The notes beneath the pieces were generated by a model. That model was not told where the DNA came from. It saw only the letters and a program-made list of their open reading frames with translations, and did no database searches. DNA of 46,520 nt, from assembly GCA_030587475.2 (NCBI GenBank), contig JAUQYZ020000256.1, positions 1-46,520 of the forward strand, in the 5' to 3' direction. A program made the translations under genes and the position numbers. This DNA is from Candidatus Sigynarchaeum calidifontis. GTDB lineage: Archaea > Asgardarchaeota > Lokiarchaeia > Sigyniarchaeales > Sigyniarchaeaceae. Positions 26,797 through 36,420 of this stretch are shown here, one piece after another; the first letter of the stretch is position 1; the number at the start of each line of letters is the position of its first letter.

Positions 26797-27597
26797 TCAA
26801 GACAGCGCCTTCAGCCCGTCAACAAAGAGTGCGATAGACCGTGGGGAAATGGAGACGCGTTCCCGAGCCCACGGCGTCCGCTTCAGCATTGCATCGATCT
26901 CGGGCGGCGTATAGGATGCCAGCATGGAGCGGTACGGGTCGCCGGCAGACTTGAGGGGCTCGGGCATGCGTGGCGTGAACCAGTGGTTGAACGCGTGGTG
27001 AAAGAACTTCCGTGCATCCCGCCGCAAGTCAAATATTACCATCCTGCCACCCGGCCGGAGTACCCTATGGATCTCGGCGAGCACGGTCTCTGGTTTCGAC
27101 CAGTGGTGCATGGACAACGAGGCGATGACGATATCCATGGTGCTATCCGGCACGGGCATCTGGGCACCATCGCCCTCTTTGATGTCGATGCCACGCAAGC
27201 CCGCGCGGGACAAGTATTCCTTGCACTCGCGGATCGACGCCGCCCCGATATCGATACCGTGCAAGGATACATCCCACCCTAAGCTCCCGATCTCGTCGTG
27301 GAGGTCCTTGAGAAGATGCCCTGTCCCGCACCCGAGGTCGATGATGCGGAGCGGCTTGGCGAGAGCACTTTTCTTGATGATGTTAACCACGTGATCGACG
27401 ACTGTCCGGCGAATGCTCCTGAACTCGAGCCGGTCCTGGATTTCCGCGTACCCGGCTCCAGTCGCGCGGTCATCAAATCCCTCATCCGGTTCGGGCTGCC
27501 GGGGGATATCCACGCGCGGCAAGCCCGCCACGATGGGGAAAAGCAATGCGACTGCGATCCCTGCCACGACGAGGATCCATAACCAGGCGAGTTCCAT
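26797..27597 (-). CDS. class I SAM-dependent methyltransferase (UbiE-like) with N-terminal membrane anchor
   Basis: IIDLGCGTG, GIDIG, EGDGAQMP, SLSMHHW, EIHRVLRPGG. Hydrophobic N-terminus MELAWLWILVVAGIAVALLF. ATG 27597 chosen. Confidence 0.88.
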   Translation of the reverse strand: MELAWLWILVVAGIAVALLFPIVAGLPRVDIPRQPEPDEGFDDRATGAGYAEIQDRLEFRSIRRTVVDHVVNIIKKSALAKPLRIIDLGCGTGHLLKDLHDEIGSLGWDVSLHGIDIGAASIRECKEYLSRAGLRGIDIKEGDGAQMPVPDSTMDIVIASLSMHHWSKPETVLAEIHRVLRPGGRMVIFDLRRDARKFFHHAFNHWFTPRMPEPLKSAGDPYRSMLASYTPPEIDAMLKRTPWARERVSISPRSIALFVDGLKALS

Positions 27598-27718
27598 CGT
27601 TTGAACACTATCCGAGAAAAGGAAATGAAGGGTAATAACATTCTCTGAAGCCATCAAAAATCCCTCGCATGCTCTTGCGCGTTCATGTTTATAAGGTATC
27701 GAGCCGTGATCGACCATC

Positions 27719-30067
27719 ATGAACACGATCGTACACGTGGTGGACGTGCTCGTCGTTGGCGGGGGCTTCGCGGGCACGTGCGCGGCCATTGCCTCTGCGA
27801 GGCAAGGTGCCACGACCGCGCTGGTCGAGCAGCGAGGTGTGCTCGGTGGAAATGGTTCCAGCCTTGTCCGTGTCCATATCGGTGGCGCGCCGGATCATGG
27901 CTGGCAATTCGACGCGCGGGAGACGGGTATCATAGAGGAGATTCGGCTGACCTATGCGATCAAGGATCCCAAAAACTCTTACGCGTGGATCGATCACGTG
28001 TTACACGACATGTGCGTTTCCGAGCGAAACCTGACCGTGTATTATGACATGGCCATCGATGATGTGAAAACCGAGGCTTTTGTAGCAGATGGATATGCGA
28101 AGCGCATCATCGAATGCAGCGGGCTGCAACAAGGCACCGAAACGAGGCACGTGTTCAAGGCCAAGGTTTTCGTTGATGGTACGGGCGATGGCACCCTCGG
28201 AGCGCTGGCCGGGGTCGAGTTCCGCATGGGCCGCGAGGCGAAGGCCGAGTTTGGCGAGACCCTTGCCCCCGACATCGCGGACTCCGCCACGCTGGGCAGC
28301 TCGATCCTCTTCGAGGCTCGAGACACGGGCCATCCCGTGTCGTTCACGCCACCTGCATGGGCGAAAAAGCTCCCGAAGGACTATTCTGACCAGCGGCGGA
28401 ACCGGCAGCCAACGGGTGGCAGGGAGGGGAACGGCTACTGGCACGGGGCGATGCACGTCGGCTGGTGGTGGGTCGAATACGGCGGGAGACTCGATACCAT
28501 CCGGGATAACGAGGCCATCAAGCAAGAGCTGCTGTCGATCCTCTACGGGCTCTGGGATCACGTGAAAAATAGTGGCGACCCGCGGTATGCCAACGCGGCG
28601 AATTACGACATCACGTGGGTCGGCGCGATCCCCGGCAAGCGCGAGTCGCGGCGGATCATCGGCGATTACATCTTGACGCAGCAAGACGTCATCGCAGGAA
28701 CGGTCTTTGCAGACCAGGTCGCGGCAGGTGGCTGGAACATCGATCTCCACCCGCCCGATGGTTTTTACGACAACAGTCCTCCCTGCTCCCAGACGAGATT
28801 GAAAGACTTGTACACGATACCGTACCGCAGCATTTACTCGAAAACCGCCAGCAACCTCTTCATGGCATCCCGGTGCTTGAGCGTGACCCACGTGGCGCAC
28901 GGCACGACCCGGTTGCAAGGCACCCTCGCTGCAGTCGGCCAGGCGGCTGGCATCGCAGCGGCTTGGTGCTCAAAGGACGGCATATCCCCACGCGTTCTCG
29001 GCAAGGAACGGTTCGTGGCATACCAGCAAGAGCTGCTCAAGAACGACGGGTTCTTGATTGACCTTCGCAATTCCGATCCGGCCGACCTCGCACGGCATGC
29101 GATCGTTGCCGCCTCTTCCACTCACCCGTTGCATTTCGATCAGCCAGGCGCGTGGATTCCTCTCTTCTTTCCCGTGGCCCAGCAATTTCCCGCAATACCA
29201 GACGGCGACCACGGGGAGATCCACTCGATCTCTATCCTCGTAAAAAATTCCTCCGGCGAAGCAGTGCACCTCGATGGCGGTATCCGGGAATCCGATCGCG
29301 TGGGTGATTTGAACGCCCAAGAAGACATCTCGAGGATGGCGGGCGAGTGCCCGGCGAGGTCCACCACGTGGGTGCCATTCGAGCTCGACCGGCCAATCTC
29401 GGTCGAAGCGCCACGCGACCTCGCACGCCCGCGCTTGCTCTGGTTCCACGTCGATAGCACGACTGGAACACCGGGTGACGTGTCTCTCGGTAAGGACATC
29501 GACCACTATCCCGGGTTTCGCGGGGGATATTTCGACGAGGACGCCGCCGCGTGGAAGGTGGCCCGAATCCACGATGGTGCGATGTTTTTCTCCGCCGTCG
29601 TGAAGCCACGCGGGGTCTATTGCTTCTCGATCCCCGGGTTCACGGCTTTCCCCGCGGGCAACGTCACGAACGGCTTTCACCGCCCCGGCAAGCACGGGCC
29701 AAACCTCTGGATGTCCGATCCGGCCAAGGGCTTCCCCCAGTGGCTCGTGCTCGATTTCGGGATTGCACGGGAGTTGTCCGAGATCCATCTCACGTTCGAC
29801 AACGGCCTGGACAAGCCCTACCCCCACTTTTACCGGGACGATTACGCACCGTGGCCTGTATATGGGCGCCCTCCGAGATGCCCCAAGGATCTTGATATCG
29901 TTGCCATTAAGGGCGGGAAGGAAAGAATCGTGGCAGTCTTGCGTGAGAACTACCAGCGAAAGATCACCGTGAAAACGGGCAATGTAACAGCGGATCAAGT
30001 CAAGATTGTCTTCCACGCCAGTAACGGGGCCAGGGAAGTCGGTGTTTACGAGATCCGCGTTTATTGA
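27719..30067 (+). CDS. FAD-dependent oxidoreductase (FAD_oxidored-type) with C-terminal beta-sandwich/discoidin-like domains
   Basis: DVLVVGGGFAGTCAAIASAR.G, LGGNGSS, FVDGTGDG, GKRESRRIIGDY, IPYRSIYS, HGTTRL; C-terminus W.SDP..GFPQWLVLDF...YEIRVY. Confidence 0.88.
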   Translation: MNTIVHVVDVLVVGGGFAGTCAAIASARQGATTALVEQRGVLGGNGSSLVRVHIGGAPDHGWQFDARETGIIEEIRLTYAIKDPKNSYAWIDHVLHDMCVSERNLTVYYDMAIDDVKTEAFVADGYAKRIIECSGLQQGTETRHVFKAKVFVDGTGDGTLGALAGVEFRMGREAKAEFGETLAPDIADSATLGSSILFEARDTGHPVSFTPPAWAKKLPKDYSDQRRNRQPTGGREGNGYWHGAMHVGWWWVEYGGRLDTIRDNEAIKQELLSILYGLWDHVKNSGDPRYANAANYDITWVGAIPGKRESRRIIGDYILTQQDVIAGTVFADQVAAGGWNIDLHPPDGFYDNSPPCSQTRLKDLYTIPYRSIYSKTASNLFMASRCLSVTHVAHGTTRLQGTLAAVGQAAGIAAAWCSKDGISPRVLGKERFVAYQQELLKNDGFLIDLRNSDPADLARHAIVAASSTHPLHFDQPGAWIPLFFPVAQQFPAIPDGDHGEIHSISILVKNSSGEAVHLDGGIRESDRVGDLNAQEDISRMAGECPARSTTWVPFELDRPISVEAPRDLARPRLLWFHVDSTTGTPGDVSLGKDIDHYPGFRGGYFDEDAAAWKVARIHDGAMFFSAVVKPRGVYCFSIPGFTAFPAGNVTNGFHRPGKHGPNLWMSDPAKGFPQWLVLDFGIARELSEIHLTFDNGLDKPYPHFYRDDYAPWPVYGRPPRCPKDLDIVAIKGGKERIVAVLRENYQRKITVKTGNVTADQVKIVFHASNGAREVGVYEIRVY

Positions 30068-30074
30068 TTTTCTC

Positions 30075-31928
30075 TCACACCTTCAGCCCGGTCTCGCGTG
30101 CCTTGAGCATCGTGAGCTCCATGGCCTCGCGCTCGCCCGCATCGTGGTCGATGGGAAACCGGTTGCCAAGCTTGCTCTTGCGATGTGCCCAGCTCGTGAC
30201 GTTGTAAAGCAACTTGACAAAGGGTTTTGATGGCCCGGATATACACATGGCATTGCGGAATTGGCGTAATTGATAATCGTCCCATCCGCCCACGAGTCCA
30301 TACACGAAGAATAGTATGATCGGGAGAGCGAACAAGATGGCGAGCAGGAAGCACGCCGCGACGGCGAGGGGCACGAGAATATCAGGCGCGTGCTGCAAAT
30401 ACAACGCGTTGAAGACCTGCACGAACAGCAAGTTAACCGGGATCAGGCACGCGACCGAGATGGCCGGGGCCACGAACACCTGGTACGGGCTGGAAAACCG
30501 GGTCTTGATCGTCTTCTTCTGCACGAACCACCATTGCACGGCCAGCTTGGTGAGATATGCGGGAAGGTCGGCGAGCAAATACGTGTAGATGGCATAGGAT
30601 TCCCCGATGATGCGCAATATGCCGAACGGGCTGATCATAAAAATGTACGAGAAGAACCTGGCGGTTTGCTCGAAAATGAGGGCGTAGGTTCTATACTCTG
30701 GCTTGTCCGCGCCCTGGCATATGTCGCTGCCGAAGTTGATGGGGAACACGAAGAATCTCGATATCATCAAGACGGGAATCATCCACGCGGCAGCGGCGTA
30801 CTCGCCACCCACGGCCTTGAGAACGGGCGGGATGAAAATGGCCACCTCCGTGGAAAGGAACATGGACAGCAAGAACCAATTCTTCCACTGGCTCTCGATG
30901 ATGAGTTTCGTGAGTTCCTTTTTCTGGTTGTTAAACGATTCGGAGATGGCGGGGGTGATCGTGAACGAGATAGAGATGACGCGGGCGATGCCATCGGCGA
31001 TCGAGTAAAGGCCAGTGATGACCGCGTAGTTCGGGAGCCACGCGATTACCATCCACAAAATGGCGAAGTTAATACCTGTATCGAATATGTAGGCGAAAAG
31101 AAGCTTCCCACCAAAGGTGAGGCAATTTTTCGCGATCTTGCGGTCGAAATCCGGGACGAAAACATCGCGGAGGCGCAATCCAAAAGGCCGCAAGACCCTG
31201 GAAAAATAATAGCCAGCGATTGCCATGGCCATGAAATCATCGAGATATGTCCCGATGATGAAACCATACGTGGCGCCCATGAGCTCGCCGACCGCGGGCA
31301 GCTGGATGCCGATCCACCTGCCGAGCATGATGAACCCGATTTGCGTCGCTGATTGCAACAACACGGATTGGATGATCGTGATCTTGTTCGAATCGTTGAA
31401 CCGCTGGAACCCGATGAGTGCACCATTAAAAGAACCGAGCCATCCAGGATATTGAGTCGTTGAATATATCAAGAAAAACCAGATCGCGTATTCCAAGTTT
31501 CTTGGCATGAAATAGAAACAATATATCGCCACGCCCGTGACCTGAACGAGCCCGGTGAACATTTGAAACCAAATAAAGAACTGGATGTATCGAATCGCCA
31601 TGCGCGGATCTTTTACCGAGTATTCCGCCACGTAACGCTCCACGGCTGGCACGGTCGCCACGTCCATGATCGTGAAAAACAAACCGAAGAATTGGGTCGT
31701 GAGCGAGCTGAATCCGAGCGCCGCGGGGAACGGCAAGATGAGTTGTGGTATCACGTAACCGACGACGAGCAGCGCGGGCAATGCCAAGACCAGGATCAGC
31801 GTGTAGCTCCACCAAAACTGGGCCAGCGGGCGATGATAGCCAGGCTTTCTCCACAAGTAGTCGGCGTCGCCCCTTTCCTCGAGCTCGCGTAGCTTGGCCT
31901 CGGTCACGTCGGATAGCGTGGCGTCCAT
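30075..31928 (-). CDS. MOP-superfamily (oligosaccharide/lipid flippase-like) polytopic membrane protein
   Basis: About 617 aa with roughly 12-14 hydrophobic segments; AVERYVAEY, FNGALIGFQRF, GLYSIADGI, PAISESF. ATG 31928 chosen. Confidence 0.7.
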   Translation of the reverse strand: MDATLSDVTEAKLRELEERGDADYLWRKPGYHRPLAQFWWSYTLILVLALPALLVVGYVIPQLILPFPAALGFSSLTTQFFGLFFTIMDVATVPAVERYVAEYSVKDPRMAIRYIQFFIWFQMFTGLVQVTGVAIYCFYFMPRNLEYAIWFFLIYSTTQYPGWLGSFNGALIGFQRFNDSNKITIIQSVLLQSATQIGFIMLGRWIGIQLPAVGELMGATYGFIIGTYLDDFMAMAIAGYYFSRVLRPFGLRLRDVFVPDFDRKIAKNCLTFGGKLLFAYIFDTGINFAILWMVIAWLPNYAVITGLYSIADGIARVISISFTITPAISESFNNQKKELTKLIIESQWKNWFLLSMFLSTEVAIFIPPVLKAVGGEYAAAAWMIPVLMISRFFVFPINFGSDICQGADKPEYRTYALIFEQTARFFSYIFMISPFGILRIIGESYAIYTYLLADLPAYLTKLAVQWWFVQKKTIKTRFSSPYQVFVAPAISVACLIPVNLLFVQVFNALYLQHAPDILVPLAVAACFLLAILFALPIILFFVYGLVGGWDDYQLRQFRNAMCISGPSKPFVKLLYNVTSWAHRKSKLGNRFPIDHDAGEREAMELTMLKARETGLKV

Positions 31929-31981
31929 GCATACAAAAAACCAAGGTAACAATAAAAAACGTGCGAATAGATCATCTATTG

Positions 31982-32767
31982 ATGAGCGAGCAGATCCTGG
32001 TAGAAAAGGGGGTATTAAACCTCGCCGGCATGAAGATCCACTACATAGACGAGATTCAAGGCCTGGGGCATCTCACGTCCGTGCGAAAGCTCAACCTCAG
32101 CGACAACTGCATCCCGGAGATCGAATCGCTCGGGAAATTCGAATCCCTCGTGCCAATCGAGGAACTATCGCTTTTCAACAACAAGCTCCGTGATATGAAG
32201 GGGATCGAGAATTTTGTCAATCTAAAGAGCCTCACGCTCAGCCGGAACAAGATCGCCGAGATATCTGGCCTCGACAAGCTCGTGAACCTCCGCGAGCTGT
32301 TCCTAGACGATAATTGCATTTCCGAGATCAACGGCCTTTCGTCACTTGCCAACTTGAAAATCCTCTGGCTCGGTGACAACCGGATCCGCGAGATCAAGAA
32401 CCTGGACAAGCTCGTCAATCTCGAGGAGCTATACATCGGCTACAACGCTATCAAGCACATCGCGGGACTAGATAACCTTGTCAACTTGCGCGAGCTCGTT
32501 CTCATCTACAATGACATAGAGGAGATCGAGGGGCTCGATAATCTCCGTTCCCTCGAGAGCATCAACCTCAATTACAACCGGATTCGCGAGATCAAGGGCC
32601 TCGGGAATACCATGAAGATCAAGCACCTTGCCATCGGGAAAAACCCCATCCCCGAGGCCGACATCAAGAAGTGTGGTGGTGTGGATGGCGAGGGGCACGC
32701 GCTCGATCCCATCCGGTTCCACTTGCATTGTCGCCGGGAACTGACAAAGCCAATAGAAAAGAAGTGA
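31982..32767 (+). CDS. SDS22-like leucine-rich repeat protein
   Basis: About 8 repeats of 22 aa, e.g. LVNLRELFLDDNCISEINGL. ATG at 31982; the longer upstream extension overlaps the flippase gene. Confidence 0.92.
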   Translation: MSEQILVEKGVLNLAGMKIHYIDEIQGLGHLTSVRKLNLSDNCIPEIESLGKFESLVPIEELSLFNNKLRDMKGIENFVNLKSLTLSRNKIAEISGLDKLVNLRELFLDDNCISEINGLSSLANLKILWLGDNRIREIKNLDKLVNLEELYIGYNAIKHIAGLDNLVNLRELVLIYNDIEEIEGLDNLRSLESINLNYNRIREIKGLGNTMKIKHLAIGKNPIPEADIKKCGGVDGEGHALDPIRFHLHCRRELTKPIEKK

Positions 32768-32782
32768 ATATCGAAAATAGAT

Positions 32783-33970
32783 TCAGAAGTCGATGGCCTT
32801 CCCGTCGACCATGCAATAAAGCATCTTTTTTACGATGTCCGAGGTCACGTCGACGGGCGTGATGGAGATAGCCCCCGACTGGAGTATCAGCTCGATGAAC
32901 TTGTCGATGTTGGCATCAAGCTTCTCTTTCGTGATGCCGTGGTCGCTGAGCTTGGTCGGGAACTCGACCTTTTTTTGCAAATCCTGGACCGCCTTGAGTA
33001 ACTTGTTGGCAGCCACTGCATCCGTGTCCTTCCATTCCGCGATGCCGATGGTTTTTGCCGTGTTCGAGAAGACCTTGACTGAATTCTCGTCGTGCTTGAT
33101 GACATACTCCATCACGTAAGGAAGCGCCAGGCCGACACCGAACCCGTGGGGAATGTGGAAGGTCCCGCCCAGGGCATGGGCGATGCTATGGCCGAGATGG
33201 ACCTGGGCATTCCCGAACGAGAGCCCGGCGATCGTCGCCGCGTTGTGCACGGCCTCGCGCGCGTCCGGGTCCGATTTTTCGTATGCGGCTGGCAAGTGCT
33301 TGAAAAGGAGGCGCAGGGCCACGCCGGCGAGGCCTTCTGAATAGATGTTGTTCCATTTGCCGCAAATGTTCTCGATACAGTGACCTATGGCGTCGAACGC
33401 GGTGCTCGATGTGAGCTTCTTCGGCATCGCATCCACGAATATGGGATCGACGATAGCAATCGTCGGGATCGTGGCCTTGTTGAGCAGCTCCAGCTTCAAG
33501 CCAGTGGCATCGTCCGTGAGGACGACCGCGGATGTCGTTTCGGCTCCCGTGCCGGAGGTCGTCGGGATCGCGATGAGCTTCGCTTTCGTGCCCGTCGGGA
33601 TGGCGATGAACGGGTTCAAGCCGTTGATGTCGAAATCGAGCCCTGCCTCATACAGCACCCAGATTGCCTTCGCCGTGTCGATGGCACTGCCACCACCGAG
33701 CGCGATGATCAAGTCAGGCGCATATTTCACGCACATTTCCGCGCCCGCTTTCACGGTGGAAATAGGCGGGTCGGGTAAAACGCCGTCGAATATCGTGTAT
33801 TCGATGTTTGCTTCTTTCAACTTGCTCGTGACGATGTCGACCTTCTTGAGCTTTACAAGGTCCTTGTCTGTCACGATGAACGCTTTCGTGCCCGTAACGT
33901 AAAGGGAATTGGCCAGCTGATCCACGGACTCGCGTCCGAAGATGATCCGGGGAGAGTTAAAGAACCACAT
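32783..33970 (-). CDS. iron-containing alcohol dehydrogenase
   Basis: ALGGGSAIDTAK, IPTTSGTGAE, DAIGHCIE, HSIAHALGG..HIPHG. Confidence 0.95.
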   Translation of the reverse strand: MWFFNSPRIIFGRESVDQLANSLYVTGTKAFIVTDKDLVKLKKVDIVTSKLKEANIEYTIFDGVLPDPPISTVKAGAEMCVKYAPDLIIALGGGSAIDTAKAIWVLYEAGLDFDINGLNPFIAIPTGTKAKLIAIPTTSGTGAETTSAVVLTDDATGLKLELLNKATIPTIAIVDPIFVDAMPKKLTSSTAFDAIGHCIENICGKWNNIYSEGLAGVALRLLFKHLPAAYEKSDPDAREAVHNAATIAGLSFGNAQVHLGHSIAHALGGTFHIPHGFGVGLALPYVMEYVIKHDENSVKVFSNTAKTIGIAEWKDTDAVAANKLLKAVQDLQKKVEFPTKLSDHGITKEKLDANIDKFIELILQSGAISITPVDVTSDIVKKMLYCMVDGKAIDF

Positions 33971-34091
33971 GGTTATCATCCTTTGGTTAACAGTTTTATT
34001 TAGGAACGGTATTCACATTTCGTTTAAAAGTTATTTAAGTCATCGTGCCTCCATTTGATACGAATTGCCTTTTCTCGTCTGGTAATAAACC

Positions 34092-35549
34092 ATGCCCCCG
34101 ACCTTGCATATAAGCTTTCTCACGGATTGCGGCGAGGTGTGCGAGAAATACCCCACCGGTTGCGCGGATTGTTGGAAAGATCGCTTGATAAAAGCCGGGA
34201 TCCCCTTCCGAGAGTACGATGCCGTGTTGGAACAAAACCAGGGCGAAGACATCGAGGGTTCACGCGATCTTATCTACCGGAAATATCAAGATGTCTTGAA
34301 CATAAAATCCATCATGGTACTCAGCAAGGGAGGGGTATGCGTGTATAACCATCCCGTAACGGGAGCGGGCATGGACGCGGACCTCGTCGCGGGATTTCTC
34401 CAAGCAAACATCGCCTTCTCCCAAGAAGGCGTGCGTGGGGAACAAGTGCAATCCACACGGGAAATGGAAGATGCGAAATCCGGGCTCGATTTTGTCCCCG
34501 TGGACGGTGATGCCGTGTTATCATTCACCGAGCCGCCAGGCGAAGCTACGCCCGCCACGGACAAGTCACAAAACCTGGTCGAGCTACATTACCAGAAATT
34601 CGTGCTGCTCGTGCACGAGGCACGCCAGATCCGATCCGTTCTTATTCTCGACCACCAGCCTAGCTTCGCCCTCAGGAATCTCCTTATTAGCTTCTCGACC
34701 TATTTCGAGCGCGTTTATAGCGATGCCCTAGCACGATTCGTGGGCGATATATCTGCTTTCGAGGACGCGCGGATCATCGTCGAGAAGGTGTTCGAGACCG
34801 ACCTCCTCTTCCCCTATGCTGCCGTGTTGATCCCTCCTGACGATCAAAACGCGCTCGGGAGCTTGGAACGGCTCGTTTACAAGCACGGCTACGACAAGGC
34901 ACAAAAGGCCGGGTTTTTTTTCATCGGCACCCTCGTCGAGGAGATCAAGAACATGCTCCAAAAGCCCGCGAAGGACATCGTCCACGACATCTACGAGCTC
35001 ATCAAGAAGGAGTATTTCGTTCCCCAGCAGATCGAAACCGCAGCCAAATATATCGAGGAAGTCAAAGCGCAGAAGGCCGAACGGGAGGCCGCCGCGTCCC
35101 AGATGGCAGCGTTGTATGGCAAGGCCGAGGCAGATGAAATGCGTACTTTAACCGAGGATCTCAAGACCATCTCGGAAAAGGATGCAAAAAGCCGGTACAA
35201 GAAGTACATGGCGGCGGCAGCGACCCGGCTCGAGCTCGGGATCCACGCGGATGCCATGCGGAATTACGAATTGGCAAGGCTCGTGGCAAGCACGGTCGGG
35301 CTTACGCGGGAACTGGAGCAAGTTAATTCGAAAATCCAGCAGCTGAACGACACGGTGTTGATGCTGGAATACAACAATGCGATGAAACTCGCGGTCACGG
35401 CGGAGAAAAATAAAGATTGGCTCAAGGTAGTGCAGCATTACACGACTTGTCGGAAATTGCTTATCGAGGGCTTTAAATACGACTTGAATGACAAGCGGGT
35501 CAAGGAGATCGACCGCCGGATAAGCAATGCGCAGCTCAAAGCGCGATGA
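34092..35549 (+). CDS. Asgard-type protein: N-terminal 4-Cys motif, longin-like domain, C-terminal helical (TPR/MIT-like) region
   Basis: CGEVC...CADC; DVLNIKSIMVLSKGGVCVY...DADLVAGFLQA...ELHYQKFVLL...IRSVLILDHQPS; C-terminal A..L.....A...YE.A repeats. Confidence 0.65.
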   Translation: MPPTLHISFLTDCGEVCEKYPTGCADCWKDRLIKAGIPFREYDAVLEQNQGEDIEGSRDLIYRKYQDVLNIKSIMVLSKGGVCVYNHPVTGAGMDADLVAGFLQANIAFSQEGVRGEQVQSTREMEDAKSGLDFVPVDGDAVLSFTEPPGEATPATDKSQNLVELHYQKFVLLVHEARQIRSVLILDHQPSFALRNLLISFSTYFERVYSDALARFVGDISAFEDARIIVEKVFETDLLFPYAAVLIPPDDQNALGSLERLVYKHGYDKAQKAGFFFIGTLVEEIKNMLQKPAKDIVHDIYELIKKEYFVPQQIETAAKYIEEVKAQKAEREAAASQMAALYGKAEADEMRTLTEDLKTISEKDAKSRYKKYMAAAATRLELGIHADAMRNYELARLVASTVGLTRELEQVNSKIQQLNDTVLMLEYNNAMKLAVTAEKNKDWLKVVQHYTTCRKLLIEGFKYDLNDKRVKEIDRRISNAQLKAR

Positions 35550-35560
35550 GCCGGTATCCT

Positions 35561-36226
35561 TCACGTGTTCTTGAAAACTTCGTCCACGCCGGCTAGCAAC
35601 TCTGCCTTCGTGTCTTTCATCCCCCTGACGAGCACCCGCGTGATCAATTCCTTTCCGATGGCGATATCCATGATGTTCGGGTCTGATTGGATCTTTTGGA
35701 TGCCCATCTCCATGTTCTGGATCTGTTCTTGGAGGGCGGCACGGGCGTTATCCCGGGTCTTATAAGTCGCGATTATGAGCTCGTCGTAGTTTTTCACATC
35801 AGGGGCCTCGCATTTCAAAACTTCGACCATGTGCTTCACTTGTGCCCTGAAGGTGTTTTTCACGTTTTCCACGAACCACTTGTAGTTCTTGTTTCGCTTG
35901 TTCGCGAAGCGCGCGGTCGAATCATTCTTGAAATATCGGCTAACATTTCGTTCAATGACATCCTCGATGTTCTTGGAAGGGTCGAGAATGATTTCCTTGG
36001 CACACTCGATATCGAGCTCCAGGTTTCCCTTGCTGCCGTCGCGCAAGATGGGTTTAACAAAAGTATCATAAAAACCACGCACTGCCGGGCGGATCAAGAA
36101 ATTCTGCGGCCCTTCCAATTCCTGGTTGATATATTCAGAACCCTTCCTTAACGACGATTCCAGCTGCTCCAGCATGCGAGCTCGAATGAGTCTGACGTTC
36201 CGCTCGAGCGTGGCGGCATCGATCAT
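35561..36226 (-). CDS. helical hypothetical protein
   Basis: About 221 aa charged, helical ORF filling the gap between convergent genes. No motif recognised. Confidence 0.7.
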   Translation of the reverse strand: MIDAATLERNVRLIRARMLEQLESSLRKGSEYINQELEGPQNFLIRPAVRGFYDTFVKPILRDGSKGNLELDIECAKEIILDPSKNIEDVIERNVSRYFKNDSTARFANKRNKNYKWFVENVKNTFRAQVKHMVEVLKCEAPDVKNYDELIIATYKTRDNARAALQEQIQNMEMGIQKIQSDPNIMDIAIGKELITRVLVRGMKDTKAELLAGVDEVFKNT

Positions 36227-36420
36227 GTGCAAATACCTTGGTCTCGCGTTCTTAGCCTAATGAAGTATAGGACGCATAATAATGAAGGCATTAACATGGA
36301 GGGCGGGATCGACCATCCACCTTGGCGTGCAGTGGCTGGGATGTTCAGATATTCGATCCAAACCAGATCTTGATATGAATGAATATTCATTTAAAACAAC
36401 AAGGAATGGGGAATTGAAAA

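Noticed and set aside
32080-32640. 66-bp periodic DNA similarity that could suggest a CRISPR or tandem array
   Set aside because: Explained by the 22-aa LRR coding repeats; there are no identical repeats with unique spacers.
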